This document shows positions 7,842 through 15,996 of a DNA stretch of 52,940 nucleotides, in pieces (position 1 is the first letter of the stretch; each line of letters begins with the position of its first letter). The stretch comes from a virus. Taxonomy: Duplodnaviria > Caudoviricetes. The position numbers were made by a program, and so were the translations under genes. Location: positions 1 through 52,940 of IMG/VR virus record IMGVR_UViG_3300032086_003216, one strand, 5' to 3'. The notes beneath the pieces were generated by a model. It saw only the letters and a list, made by a program, of their open reading frames with translations. It was not told the DNA's origin and ran no database searches.

Positions 7842-8305
7842 TAGTCGTCCCCGAAGTCGTTTCTTTCCTGCCACTCGTAGGATACGCTGTCTTCTTTGAT
7901 TGGTCCGCCTTTTGCCCAAGTGCGGCAAGAGCGAGCAGAGTGACACTTGAAGTGATGCATCCAGCAGTAGCCAAGCCTACCATCGTCGTCAGAAGTCACG
8001 CCTGGCATACAGTCGTCCATTCGTGGGGAAATATCAAAAGCGGTGCAATTGCCGCAGTTAGACTTTTTGGCAGCCTCTTCGGTCGTGTTCCAATATTCGG
8101 CTATGTCTTTCCAGTAATCACCTGGTTCATCTACATTGAGTGGTCCATACTGGATATGTTCTGCCTTAATGGAGGCGTCACGATTCTTTGTGTTGAGTTC
8201 TAGGTCTTGGGTCGCAGGCGGACAAACAAAATCTTTTGCTGCCTTGATAACAACCTTCATCTCCTCTTGGAGAAATTTTCTCCACTCGGTCATCAGTTGT
8301 TTCAT
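7841..8305 (-). CDS. Class B leader protein with a Cys-rich, HiPIP-like metal-binding domain
   Basis: MKQLMTEWRKFLQEE; CGNCTAF...GYCWMHHFKCHSARSCRTW. Confidence 0.65.
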   Translation of the reverse strand: MKQLMTEWRKFLQEEMKVVIKAAKDFVCPPATQDLELNTKNRDASIKAEHIQYGPLNVDEPGDYWKDIAEYWNTTEEAAKKSNCGNCTAFDISPRMDDCMPGVTSDDDGRLGYCWMHHFKCHSARSCRTWAKGGPIKEDSVSYEWQERNDFGDD

Positions 8306-8701
8306 TTACCACTTCCTACAGGACCAGTAGCGTGCCTTTGTCTTAGGACCTGGATTATCGCAATTGTGGCGGGCACGGAACGACTTACGGCGTTCGGGGT
8401 TAGACTTCTTAATCCTCATATTGGGATCACCAAAGTTTACTTTCTTGACATTACCAGTCTTGGGATCTTTGACATAAACTTTAAATTTCTTTACGTCCCC
8501 ACGCATTGGTTTGTTCAATTGAACCTTGCGTCCTTGATACTCAGCCTCTACAAGTGTGTCGTCCCAAAACTCTACGTCCTCAGCCAAGGTCCCGTCATCA
8601 TAAGATGCATCTTCAATATAAAAATATTCTTCATCTTCAGAGAGAAAATGAGATACTTCCTCTTTTATCAACTGTCGTAAGTATGACTTTGTTATTTTCA
8701 T
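8306..8701 (-). CDS. Class A leader protein with a conserved basic viral domain
   Basis: MKITKSYLRQLIKEE and an acidic linker ending LVE, then a basic domain KKVNFGDPNM...RRKSFRARHNC...ARYWSCRKW that I recognise as widespread in viral hypothetical proteins. Confidence 0.8.
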   Translation of the reverse strand: MKITKSYLRQLIKEEVSHFLSEDEEYFYIEDASYDDGTLAEDVEFWDDTLVEAEYQGRKVQLNKPMRGDVKKFKVYVKDPKTGNVKKVNFGDPNMRIKKSNPERRKSFRARHNCDNPGPKTKARYWSCRKW

Positions 8702-9540
8702 CCTTTTTTACCTGCCTTTGATTTTTTGCCGTAGTTGCCTCGCTCTCCACACGCTGATGGTGTTGGTCGGCACTTCGGATACTTTGCTCGTTTTTCGCCG
8801 CTTTCACGACCGCAGGCACTGCATTTCTTTCTGCCTGTCTTTTTATCTTTGCGGCAGGTGTTGCAATCCACCCATCCGCTTTTACTACCCTTGGCACCTT
8901 TGCGACCAAACCAGTCACGCAGACTTGTTTCAGACGAAGGTTTCTTGGTTAGTTTTCTTTTCTTTTCCTCGATAGGTTCTTCTTCGAGGTTCTCATCTTT
9001 TTTTACAGAGTTGATATATTTTCTGTAAACTGCGGCAGCAGATGCTTTACCCGCTGCCTTGGCTCTTTGTTCCATAGCAACAGCCGCCTGGACTTTATGA
9101 GCGTGTGAACGGCTGGAGTTTCTAATCTTGGATACGCTTTTCTTTGCGTCTGCCTCAGTGGCGAACTTCAGTCCGTGGATTGTACCCTTGGGGTCTTCGT
9201 CGGTGTAAAGGTCGCTGTGTTTTTTTGACTTTGCCTTTTGTCCCTTTTTTCTTGGGATGCGAGGATTAGTTTTTTTTTCAGCCAACTCCGCAATCGCTTC
9301 ACGGATCATATCACGCAAAGGATCTTGTTCGACACCTTCTTTCTTGCTCTTATTACCCCAGTTAGCAGCGCCGACTTTTCGACACTTTACCAAAGCACCA
9401 GAAGCATAAGCGGAAGGCCAAACATCATAGCGTGCCTTAACCTTATGATAACAAGCATCTTTCTTGCCACCGCTCTTCTTTTTCTTCTCGACAAGAGCCT
9501 GCTCTATCATCGTTCGAAGTTGAGACATTGTTATTTTCAT
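8698..9540 (-). CDS. Class A leader protein made of three basic modules
   Basis: MKITMSQLRTMIEQALVE; modules DACYHKVK..WPSAYASGALVKCRK, NPRIPRKKGQ..HSDLYTDEDPKGTIHGL and SLRDWF..GWVDC..YPKCRP, separated by acidic linkers. Confidence 0.8.
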   Translation of the reverse strand: MKITMSQLRTMIEQALVEKKKKSGGKKDACYHKVKARYDVWPSAYASGALVKCRKVGAANWGNKSKKEGVEQDPLRDMIREAIAELAEKKTNPRIPRKKGQKAKSKKHSDLYTDEDPKGTIHGLKFATEADAKKSVSKIRNSSRSHAHKVQAAVAMEQRAKAAGKASAAAVYRKYINSVKKDENLEEEPIEEKKRKLTKKPSSETSLRDWFGRKGAKGSKSGWVDCNTCRKDKKTGRKKCSACGRESGEKRAKYPKCRPTPSACGERGNYGKKSKAGKKG

Positions 9541-9549
9541 TCTGTGCCC

Positions 9550-10497
9550 TCATGCTTGTAAAGCAATCTTGAATAAATAGGCATCAGAATCAATAAAAGG
9601 CGCATCTTCTTTGCGTTGGTCAAAAACTTCTTGTGGCATCTCGCCAATGTCTTTGTAACCAGACGTGTCCATCAGTCGAACTTCTACATCATAAGCCAGC
9701 AAAGCCTTCACAAGTTTCATGGCTTTTTTGTGTGCATCGGCATCCAATCCCAACAGGACTGGTGTATCGTTTTTTACAATCTTTCTGAAGAGTCTGCTGT
9801 CTTCCCGAAGTGTTGAGCCGAGCAGTGGAATACTGTTCTCGCCAGCAACGATTGCGTCAAAGACACCCTCGACCAAGGTGACCTCTCGTTCCCAGTCAAT
9901 CAGCAGTTCGTTAAAGATGATATCTTTGTTGCCTGGTCCGTTGAGATAGGGAGGCCAGACATTAGGGTCATATGTGCGGGACGTAAAAAAGTTACAGTAG
10001 CCTTCTTCGTCAAACGATGGGAGAATAATTCTATTTTTGTATTCGCCAGAAGCGCAGTAGCCGATCTTCCAATAAAGGACGTCTCTTTGCTCAACGGCAC
10101 GTTTACGGAGATAGTTTAGGGGCACTCTTGCAGAGGCAGGATGAGAGCGACCAGTTAGTGTTTGAAACTCACTTGGAAGGTCGATTCGCTGCGGAGAATC
10201 TTCTTCCTTAGCAAACAGGTTATCTAGGTCGCCTAACTCAATATCAGCGTCAAAATCTTTCCATCTATGGATATGACTTACATCGCCCCAACGCCTGACT
10301 AGGCGTCGTAAATTTTTGGTGCGGAAGTCGCACGCCCAACATTTGGCTACGTTCTTGTCAAAGTTGACTGATAGTTTGGGTTTGTGGTGCGAGCAACAGC
10401 GGGACTCGTATAGATACTCCTTACCTTGACGATACGCTCTGCCGAGTATCTCGTCAAGGATTTTCTTTTTCTTCGCTGAGTTAGGGTCGCTAAACAA
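9550..10497 (-). CDS. Phage DNA primase (zinc finger plus TOPRIM)
   Basis: N-terminal CCSHH...CWAC zinc-binding region, YLRKR, RIILP, TOPRIM LVEGVFDAI, LDAD and KDIGE. Confidence 0.9.
   Translation of the reverse strand: MFSDPNSAKKKKILDEILGRAYRQGKEYLYESRCCSHHKPKLSVNFDKNVAKCWACDFRTKNLRRLVRRWGDVSHIHRWKDFDADIELGDLDNLFAKEEDSPQRIDLPSEFQTLTGRSHPASARVPLNYLRKRAVEQRDVLYWKIGYCASGEYKNRIILPSFDEEGYCNFFTSRTYDPNVWPPYLNGPGNKDIIFNELLIDWEREVTLVEGVFDAIVAGENSIPLLGSTLREDSRLFRKIVKNDTPVLLGLDADAHKKAMKLVKALLAYDVEVRLMDTSGYKDIGEMPQEVFDQRKEDAPFIDSDAYLFKIALQA
9574..9580 (-). promoter_or_regulatory. Putative phage late-promoter core CTATTTA upstream of the leader-gene array
   Basis: CCTATTTATT within the primase 3' end, about 34 nt before ATG 9540. 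The same core recurs before several other gene starts. Confidence 0.45.
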
Positions 10498-11103
10498 TCA
10501 CAGCCCGAGTTCTTTGAGTTGTGCGATCGTTGCCGCAACATTGTCAGGGTCGTGCTTGATGGCAATGCCACCGCCCGCTCGGAACTCGTTGACGTACTTA
10601 TCTCGGTCGTCAATCAAAAGTCCTTGCTTGCCGTTCCAAACTCCGTAGGGCTCTTTGCTGTCAGAAAGGTTGACCTTCTCAACTGGGAATCCCAACTCAC
10701 GAGCAACCCAGATTCGCTTACCAACCTTAGAGCCTTCCGCCATCGGAGCCGACAAGATTTCCAACCCTGGGATATCCTTGATGTAATCCCAAAGTTCTTT
10801 GCCGCCACGTTCCCAGCCGAGGTTTGCCCAAAGATCGACGTTGTCTTCAACCAGTCGGTACATAAAGTCTCGGACACGATAGTTCCGAGGCAGGCTGCTT
10901 TCCTGATCAGAGCGAGCAATGTGCCACTTGTTGATTACCACATCCCAGCCGCCAAGTTCTTTGGCTGCCGATCGGGCAAGTTTGTGGTCAGGATGATCAG
11001 GCTCGTGGCGAAGTTCTCGCAGGCGCTTGTTCATATAACTCAGGACACCATCCTCAAAGTTGACGAGGACACCATCCATATCACTAAACACTTGGTATCT
11101 CAT
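10498..11103 (-). CDS. HAD-superfamily 5'(3')-deoxyribonucleotidase-like protein
   Basis: DMDGVLVNF motif I, ILSAP, GKRIWV and LLIDDR. Start moved to ATG 11103, which has a GGAGG SD. Confidence 0.85.
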   Translation of the reverse strand: MRYQVFSDMDGVLVNFEDGVLSYMNKRLRELRHEPDHPDHKLARSAAKELGGWDVVINKWHIARSDQESSLPRNYRVRDFMYRLVEDNVDLWANLGWERGGKELWDYIKDIPGLEILSAPMAEGSKVGKRIWVARELGFPVEKVNLSDSKEPYGVWNGKQGLLIDDRDKYVNEFRAGGGIAIKHDPDNVAATIAQLKELGL

Positions 11104-11125
11104 GGGGACACCTCCCTCCATAAGT

Positions 11126-11153
11126 ATAATACCACAGGTTTTGTTTAGGTCAA
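11126..11153 (-). promoter_or_regulatory. Sigma70-like promoter for the nucleotidase-primase pair
   Basis: TTGACC-N16-TATTAT with TG at the extended -10 position, in an intergenic gap. Confidence 0.55.
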
Positions 11154-11160
11154 GTAATTT

Positions 11161-11760
11161 TTACTTATCTTCTTGTGCGTCGAGATATGCTGCTATAGCC
11201 ATCTCTTGCTTTTTCTTTTTTGATTTGCCCTTAAATTGCGGGGCTTTCGATTTACGGAAGTCTTTGACATAATCGCCTGCTGTAGAATCCTTGTCAAGTT
11301 TTTCTCCCATAATATGATCATACTCAAGGTAATGTTTGACTACGCCAATGTAGTCTGCTATCTTTGTAATCTTGCTCTGAATCCAGGCTGGCATATGATC
11401 GTCATCTTCTAGCATATCAAAAATCTCAGCGGCGTATTCGGCTGTCTTATACATTTGGCGCTTTGCCATATCACCTTCGTGATCTTTTTCTTTATTGTGG
11501 TGATCAACACCCATATCAATTGATTGCATGTGCATGTCACCACAGGCCTCTTCAATTTCTGCTGGTTCTATATCATCGGGCTCAGTCATTTTTGCCACCT
11601 CAGCACGCAAGGAGTTGGCTACCTTGACTGCATCAGATTTAGAGAGATTAGAGATCTGAGAATACAGAGTATTCACTTTCTTGTCCACTTCTGAAGCAGA
11701 CATCTGTTTTTCTATTTCTTCTCTTATTAGAGATGAGATAATTTCTTTCGTAAGAATCAT
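11161..11760 (-). CDS. Class A-like leader protein with two conserved phage modules
   Basis: MILTKEIISSLIREEIE; DHEGDMAKRQ...MPAWIQSKITKIADY module and DYVKDFRKSKAPQFKGKSKKKKQEMAIAAY module. Confidence 0.75.
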   Translation of the reverse strand: MILTKEIISSLIREEIEKQMSASEVDKKVNTLYSQISNLSKSDAVKVANSLRAEVAKMTEPDDIEPAEIEEACGDMHMQSIDMGVDHHNKEKDHEGDMAKRQMYKTAEYAAEIFDMLEDDDHMPAWIQSKITKIADYIGVVKHYLEYDHIMGEKLDKDSTAGDYVKDFRKSKAPQFKGKSKKKKQEMAIAAYLDAQEDK

Positions 11761-11775
11761 ACAATAAATAGATTG

Positions 11776-12351
11776 TCAATCCAATAAAACTATTTTTTCT
11801 GTAAGAAATCCTTTATTATCTTTGTTCCTAAGCAGAAACTCTCCTGCTCGGGCAATAACGACAGCATCAGCACGGTCATCTGTGCCTTTTTTATAGTTCC
11901 TTCCGCCACGAGCCATTTCATATGGAAAGGCTGTTTTTTCTTTTTCGATCACTGCCTCAATAACCATTTTCTTTCTTTGGGGTCCCTTTGTCCCTCGTGG
12001 GAAAGACAATCCGTAAAGGGATCTTGCAGTGTTGACATTTATATAAGTCGGCTGCATCTCAAAGCATTCAAAACATATCCAGGAAACAACACCATTAAAC
12101 TTTGCTAGTTTGATGATTGTGTCAGCCCTTGACTTGCCAGGAAGAAACTTTTTCAAAGCAGTTTCAATAAACACATGCTCAATATCATATTCAGACCGAA
12201 GAGTATATAACTCAGCGCCAATGGTCTCTAGTCTCTCATAGATGTTGTCAATCTTGGAAAGATCAACTCCCTCTGACTTTACTAGCTTTCCATCGTTATC
12301 TATAATCGCTATCCCAACTAGAGTTGTTGAGATATCTAAACCTAATATCAT
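11776..12351 (-). CDS. ruvC: RuvC-like Holliday junction resolvase
   Basis: ILGLDIST..GIAII, VFIE and DRADAVVIA give the acidic residues of the RuvC/RNase H fold. Confidence 0.85.
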   Translation of the reverse strand: MILGLDISTTLVGIAIIDNDGKLVKSEGVDLSKIDNIYERLETIGAELYTLRSEYDIEHVFIETALKKFLPGKSRADTIIKLAKFNGVVSWICFECFEMQPTYINVNTARSLYGLSFPRGTKGPQRKKMVIEAVIEKEKTAFPYEMARGGRNYKKGTDDRADAVVIARAGEFLLRNKDNKGFLTEKIVLLD

Positions 12352-12363
12352 ATAGGGAGTATA

Positions 12364-13716
12364 TCAGAAGTCCATTTTAAGTTTAAATGTAAATGACTCT
12401 GACTCTTTCTTTCTTACAGGATTCGCTAGCTTTGCCACAGCGATCAGGTTTTTCTCATCATCGTAAATTCCAATCTTACTTATGAATACCTGCTTTTCAA
12501 AACCTTCTTCATAGTTGCAGTAAGGGCTTTGAATTGTATTCTTCAAAGGCACCTCTTTTGGCTCTATGTATGATGAGCTATCATAAAAAAATGTTTCTTG
12601 CCAATTGGCATGTGATGAACTAACCCAAGTTGGGTTTTGCGAATTGTTAACTTCTCCTGACCTGGCAGCAGCGAACATTGTAGTCGTAGGTATTTTATTT
12701 GTTCCCCTAAATGACATCTTCCACAAACTTGCCGATGGGTAATAGTTTCTTGGGTCTGTGCCATCATGCCTGTGTCCATGAGCGCCAGACAGATAAGACC
12801 CAAAATAAAGCCAACTTGCAGTATCCTGTTGGGCATCGCCTTGGGCAACTCTGGTTCCAGTGTATGCGTCTCTTGCAAACGGAGCGCCGCCAACAGGGGC
12901 AGATGATGTCAACATTATAAATCCTTGATCGTACAAGACCATTCCCACAACAGTGCCGCTAGCGTTACCCATTGTAGAAACTAGTTCACCATTTTGTCTA
13001 ATATCTTTTGCTTCATCAAGGAGAGACCCTGTATAGTAAAACTTTAAACTAACCGATCCTCTTTCTATTCCCGATCCAAATATCACCGAAGGTATTGATA
13101 AAAGGTTAACCGCACCTGTCACTAGTCCAGTCCCTGTTGAATAACCATCATTAGATGATGTGAAGACATTGTAATCAAAGACTGGGCTGTACCTTCTATA
13201 ATCATTGATTGTATTAGACAAAGCAATCATTCTCTTGCGGCGTCTAAAGTAAATGTCTGTATCTTGTTCTCGGGCCAGACCATCGATCCCTGGCACAAAA
13301 GCATCATGCTTTCTCGGCAATGCGTTAGGAAAAATATACTCTCGCTCAATGCTAGACGTAAGAGGATATTTTCCTTCTAGGAAAGTCCCATAATCTTGCC
13401 TAGCAGACTGAGATAGAGTTGTATTCTTAAAAGTCAGATAGTTGCCATCCTTTACCATAAATGATTGAACGTAATATGTCCAATTATATGGTGTTAGTGG
13501 CGTTCTGTCTCCTTGGTCGTATTGTCCATCAGATGCACTAATTCTATTTACATTAAGTTCATAAAGGCTAATACTGCCTGTTGGTATATTTCCGCCTCTA
13601 AAGCTTTCGTTGTTTAGATAAGCACTTCCGCTATACATCGTAAACTCATAACTTGGATGAGTTTCGAGCGTGTTGAAAAATACGTCATTGATGCCAAACT
13701 TGTGGAGGTACGACAT
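12364..13716 (-). CDS. Virion structural protein (baseplate/tail-collar-like C-terminus)
   Basis: C-terminal ISKIGIYDDEKNLIAVAKLANPVRK..FKLKMDF; located in the tail module. Confidence 0.65.
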   Translation of the reverse strand: MSYLHKFGINDVFFNTLETHPSYEFTMYSGSAYLNNESFRGGNIPTGSISLYELNVNRISASDGQYDQGDRTPLTPYNWTYYVQSFMVKDGNYLTFKNTTLSQSARQDYGTFLEGKYPLTSSIEREYIFPNALPRKHDAFVPGIDGLAREQDTDIYFRRRKRMIALSNTINDYRRYSPVFDYNVFTSSNDGYSTGTGLVTGAVNLLSIPSVIFGSGIERGSVSLKFYYTGSLLDEAKDIRQNGELVSTMGNASGTVVGMVLYDQGFIMLTSSAPVGGAPFARDAYTGTRVAQGDAQQDTASWLYFGSYLSGAHGHRHDGTDPRNYYPSASLWKMSFRGTNKIPTTTMFAAARSGEVNNSQNPTWVSSSHANWQETFFYDSSSYIEPKEVPLKNTIQSPYCNYEEGFEKQVFISKIGIYDDEKNLIAVAKLANPVRKKESESFTFKLKMDF

Positions 13717-13728
13717 TACCCACCTCCG

Positions 13729-14844
13729 TTAGTAATCTAGCCTGACTCTTAGGGTAAACTCGTTTGAAGGTGTTTTCTTGAGTGGTTCGCTAAGCTTAGC
13801 AACTGCCAACAATTCATTATTCGCACTATACAAACCAACGGTTGTTATATAAGAGATTGGCTCATCTGTTCTAGATTCCTTGACCCTTATTTGACTTTGC
13901 GACAAATAAGTTGGGGAACTGCTGTAGTTGAACTCATTTGCATTAGCACGGCAGAAGTATACTGTTGAGTTAAGCTCTGTCGTGTTAGTAAAGTAAATGT
14001 CTTGCAATCTATTACGGAGTGCGTCAGCCGAGCCCGAGATTGAAGAACTAACAAAAAGCTCCTCTACTCCAAGTCCAGCAGGTCCCGAAGAGGCTGTAAC
14101 CATTATGATCTTGCCACCAGTTTCATTATTGACAACAGTGTTATTAACAATGCCGCCACTAGCTGCAACCTTGAAAAGCGAAGAGGTTAAGACAGCAATA
14201 CCTGCCTGGTAGTAAAGTAGTCCAATTGCTTTTTCTCCATGGAACGGGAGAATGGTACTAGTACCAGTTGCGTACAATATATTGTACTCTCCTGCGGGGG
14301 AGTTCGTCTTGAATGTGTTCGATGTGTTGAATTTATCAAAAACACGAGCAGTAACGTTTGTAAACCCTATGCCCTTGCTGCCTGTTGGGTTCAGAGAGAA
14401 GTCCATGCGGAAGGTTCCCTTCTGAATTTCATCTTTGGCCAAAAGTCTTGAGAAGTTGAAAAAGAAGGCTTCCTCCAGCTTAGGGCCATCCGACAAATCG
14501 CCATCTTCGTCAAATCGACGGATGCTACCTGTCTGGTCATGTCCAACTAACACTTGTGCAAGCGTGTTGTACATTTGGAGTTTTTGTCTATTTTGTGTAC
14601 TGAGCGAACTCGAAAGGTCCGAACCAGAAGCATAACCTGCTGTTATGTCAAAAATGTGGTTTGCAGAAGAACTCAGATATGGGTAGTCGTAAACACTTTG
14701 GAACATTCCATGAGAATAGTTTTTGATGTTTAGATCATTATAAGTCCCTGTTGTGATAGTACCAGTTATTGGGATCGCTTCATGAAGCTTTGTTCTAGTA
14801 GATTGTACATCACTTCCCAAAAGTGTTTTGAATGAAGTAGCCAT
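13729..14844 (-). CDS. Virion structural protein, paralogous C-terminus to the adjacent gene
   Basis: C-terminal ITTVGLYSANNELLAVAKLSEPLKK..LRVRLDY. Confidence 0.65.
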   Translation of the reverse strand: MATSFKTLLGSDVQSTRTKLHEAIPITGTITTGTYNDLNIKNYSHGMFQSVYDYPYLSSSANHIFDITAGYASGSDLSSSLSTQNRQKLQMYNTLAQVLVGHDQTGSIRRFDEDGDLSDGPKLEEAFFFNFSRLLAKDEIQKGTFRMDFSLNPTGSKGIGFTNVTARVFDKFNTSNTFKTNSPAGEYNILYATGTSTILPFHGEKAIGLLYYQAGIAVLTSSLFKVAASGGIVNNTVVNNETGGKIIMVTASSGPAGLGVEELFVSSSISGSADALRNRLQDIYFTNTTELNSTVYFCRANANEFNYSSSPTYLSQSQIRVKESRTDEPISYITTVGLYSANNELLAVAKLSEPLKKTPSNEFTLRVRLDY

Positions 14845-14855
14845 ATCTTATCCTT

Positions 14856-15899
14856 TTATACCTTCTTTATAAATCTAACAGGAATGTCCACTCGGTATCC
14901 TGTTGTGAAGCCAGTTATTCTTATATTGGAATCAATAAACCTAAACTGGCTATTGCTGTTAACGTAGTTTGATGCTGTTGTGCCACCAAGTTCGTTAAAC
15001 AAAACATTGCTGGTTGAAAGATTTTCGCTAGCCAAAATTCTCATTGCTAGACGAGTTCCATATCTTCCGCCACCAGAATCACCAATCACAGAGAAAGTAT
15101 CTGCTGGTTGTTCTGGGTTGGCGCTAGTATTAAATTCTGCAATGCCTGGTGCTGTTCCAGCAGGGGCTGCAAAATACTCAGAATTTGCGTTCAAGGAAAT
15201 GTAATAGCTAGCGATATCGTCATCATCAACAAACGATGGTCTTGCAACCGTTGTTCCATCAAGAGACAATATCTGCCCCAATCTATTGTCCATTTCAATG
15301 AGGTATTGAGTTTCCCTCAGTGGGTCGCTGGCTCCTAAAGTGGCAACCGACAAATTCACATTATCTATGCCTTGATCAAAAATAAGCGCTTGTCCAGATG
15401 TTGCAAAGGTTCTGTTGCCTCTCAATAGTCCAACATTAGTTCTAAATGGTGCCTCAACATCAGCCGAAGTAGCAAACGTATTCGGGTCTGATGTTGTATA
15501 ATCTGCTGTAATAAGATATCCACCAACTGGCACGTCTGTATAAGTTTGAACATTTTTATCAATTGTTTTCGACAACTTATCATTGTTTTTGATAACTGGC
15601 AAATAGAGCAAGTCATTCCTTGCATAAGAAACGAGTCTGCTCTTCATTGTCGATGTGTTGTTAGTGAATGCTTCTAAAACGGGAGTTTGTAATATATTGA
15701 GATCATAATAAGCAGAGCCACTTGGGTGCGTACCTTCTAGGCTATTTGCATTTCTGTATAAACCATAATCAATTTCATCATCGGCTAAGGCAAACTTTGC
15801 GATGCGAAAACTTCCATCTGCTGCGGCGAGGCGCTTTCTACCAGTATCTGTAAGGACAGCATCCAGTATAATATCACCGCTATTGTCTAAAAATCCCAT
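14856..15899 (-). CDS. Virion structural protein (baseplate-associated)
   Basis: N-terminal MGFLDNSGDIILDAVLTDTGRKRLA..FRIAKFALADDEIDY, typical of large-myovirus tail modules. Confidence 0.65.
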   Translation of the reverse strand: MGFLDNSGDIILDAVLTDTGRKRLAAADGSFRIAKFALADDEIDYGLYRNANSLEGTHPSGSAYYDLNILQTPVLEAFTNNTSTMKSRLVSYARNDLLYLPVIKNNDKLSKTIDKNVQTYTDVPVGGYLITADYTTSDPNTFATSADVEAPFRTNVGLLRGNRTFATSGQALIFDQGIDNVNLSVATLGASDPLRETQYLIEMDNRLGQILSLDGTTVARPSFVDDDDIASYYISLNANSEYFAAPAGTAPGIAEFNTSANPEQPADTFSVIGDSGGGRYGTRLAMRILASENLSTSNVLFNELGGTTASNYVNSNSQFRFIDSNIRITGFTTGYRVDIPVRFIKKV

Positions 15900-15996
15900 T
15901 TATTACTTCCTCACTTGTATCTTATTGTGTGGCTTTATTAAGTAGTACGCTTTTTTTGTTTTTGGTCATTTATAAAACCTCACCAAAAAACCTATC

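Noticed and set aside
4757-7946. Longer N-terminal extensions in the ORF track (starts 5284 and 7946; likewise 941 and 1543)
   Set aside because: They overlap upstream genes; the leader Met at the stop/start junction is the better start.
112-9540. Leaders as Sec/Tat signal peptides or as integron cassette ends
   Set aside because: The leaders are charged and amphipathic with no hydrophobic core or twin-Arg motif; genes abut or overlap, leaving no room for attC sites, and no integrase is present.
10519-11148. 209-aa plus-strand ORF
   Set aside because: Antisense shadow of the HAD nucleotidase, with no motifs; all supported genes are on the minus strand.
15959-15989. TTTTTGGT/ACCAAAAA inverted repeat as a terminator
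   Set aside because: AT-rich 8-bp stem with a 15-nt loop and no U-tract on the minus strand; too weak to call.
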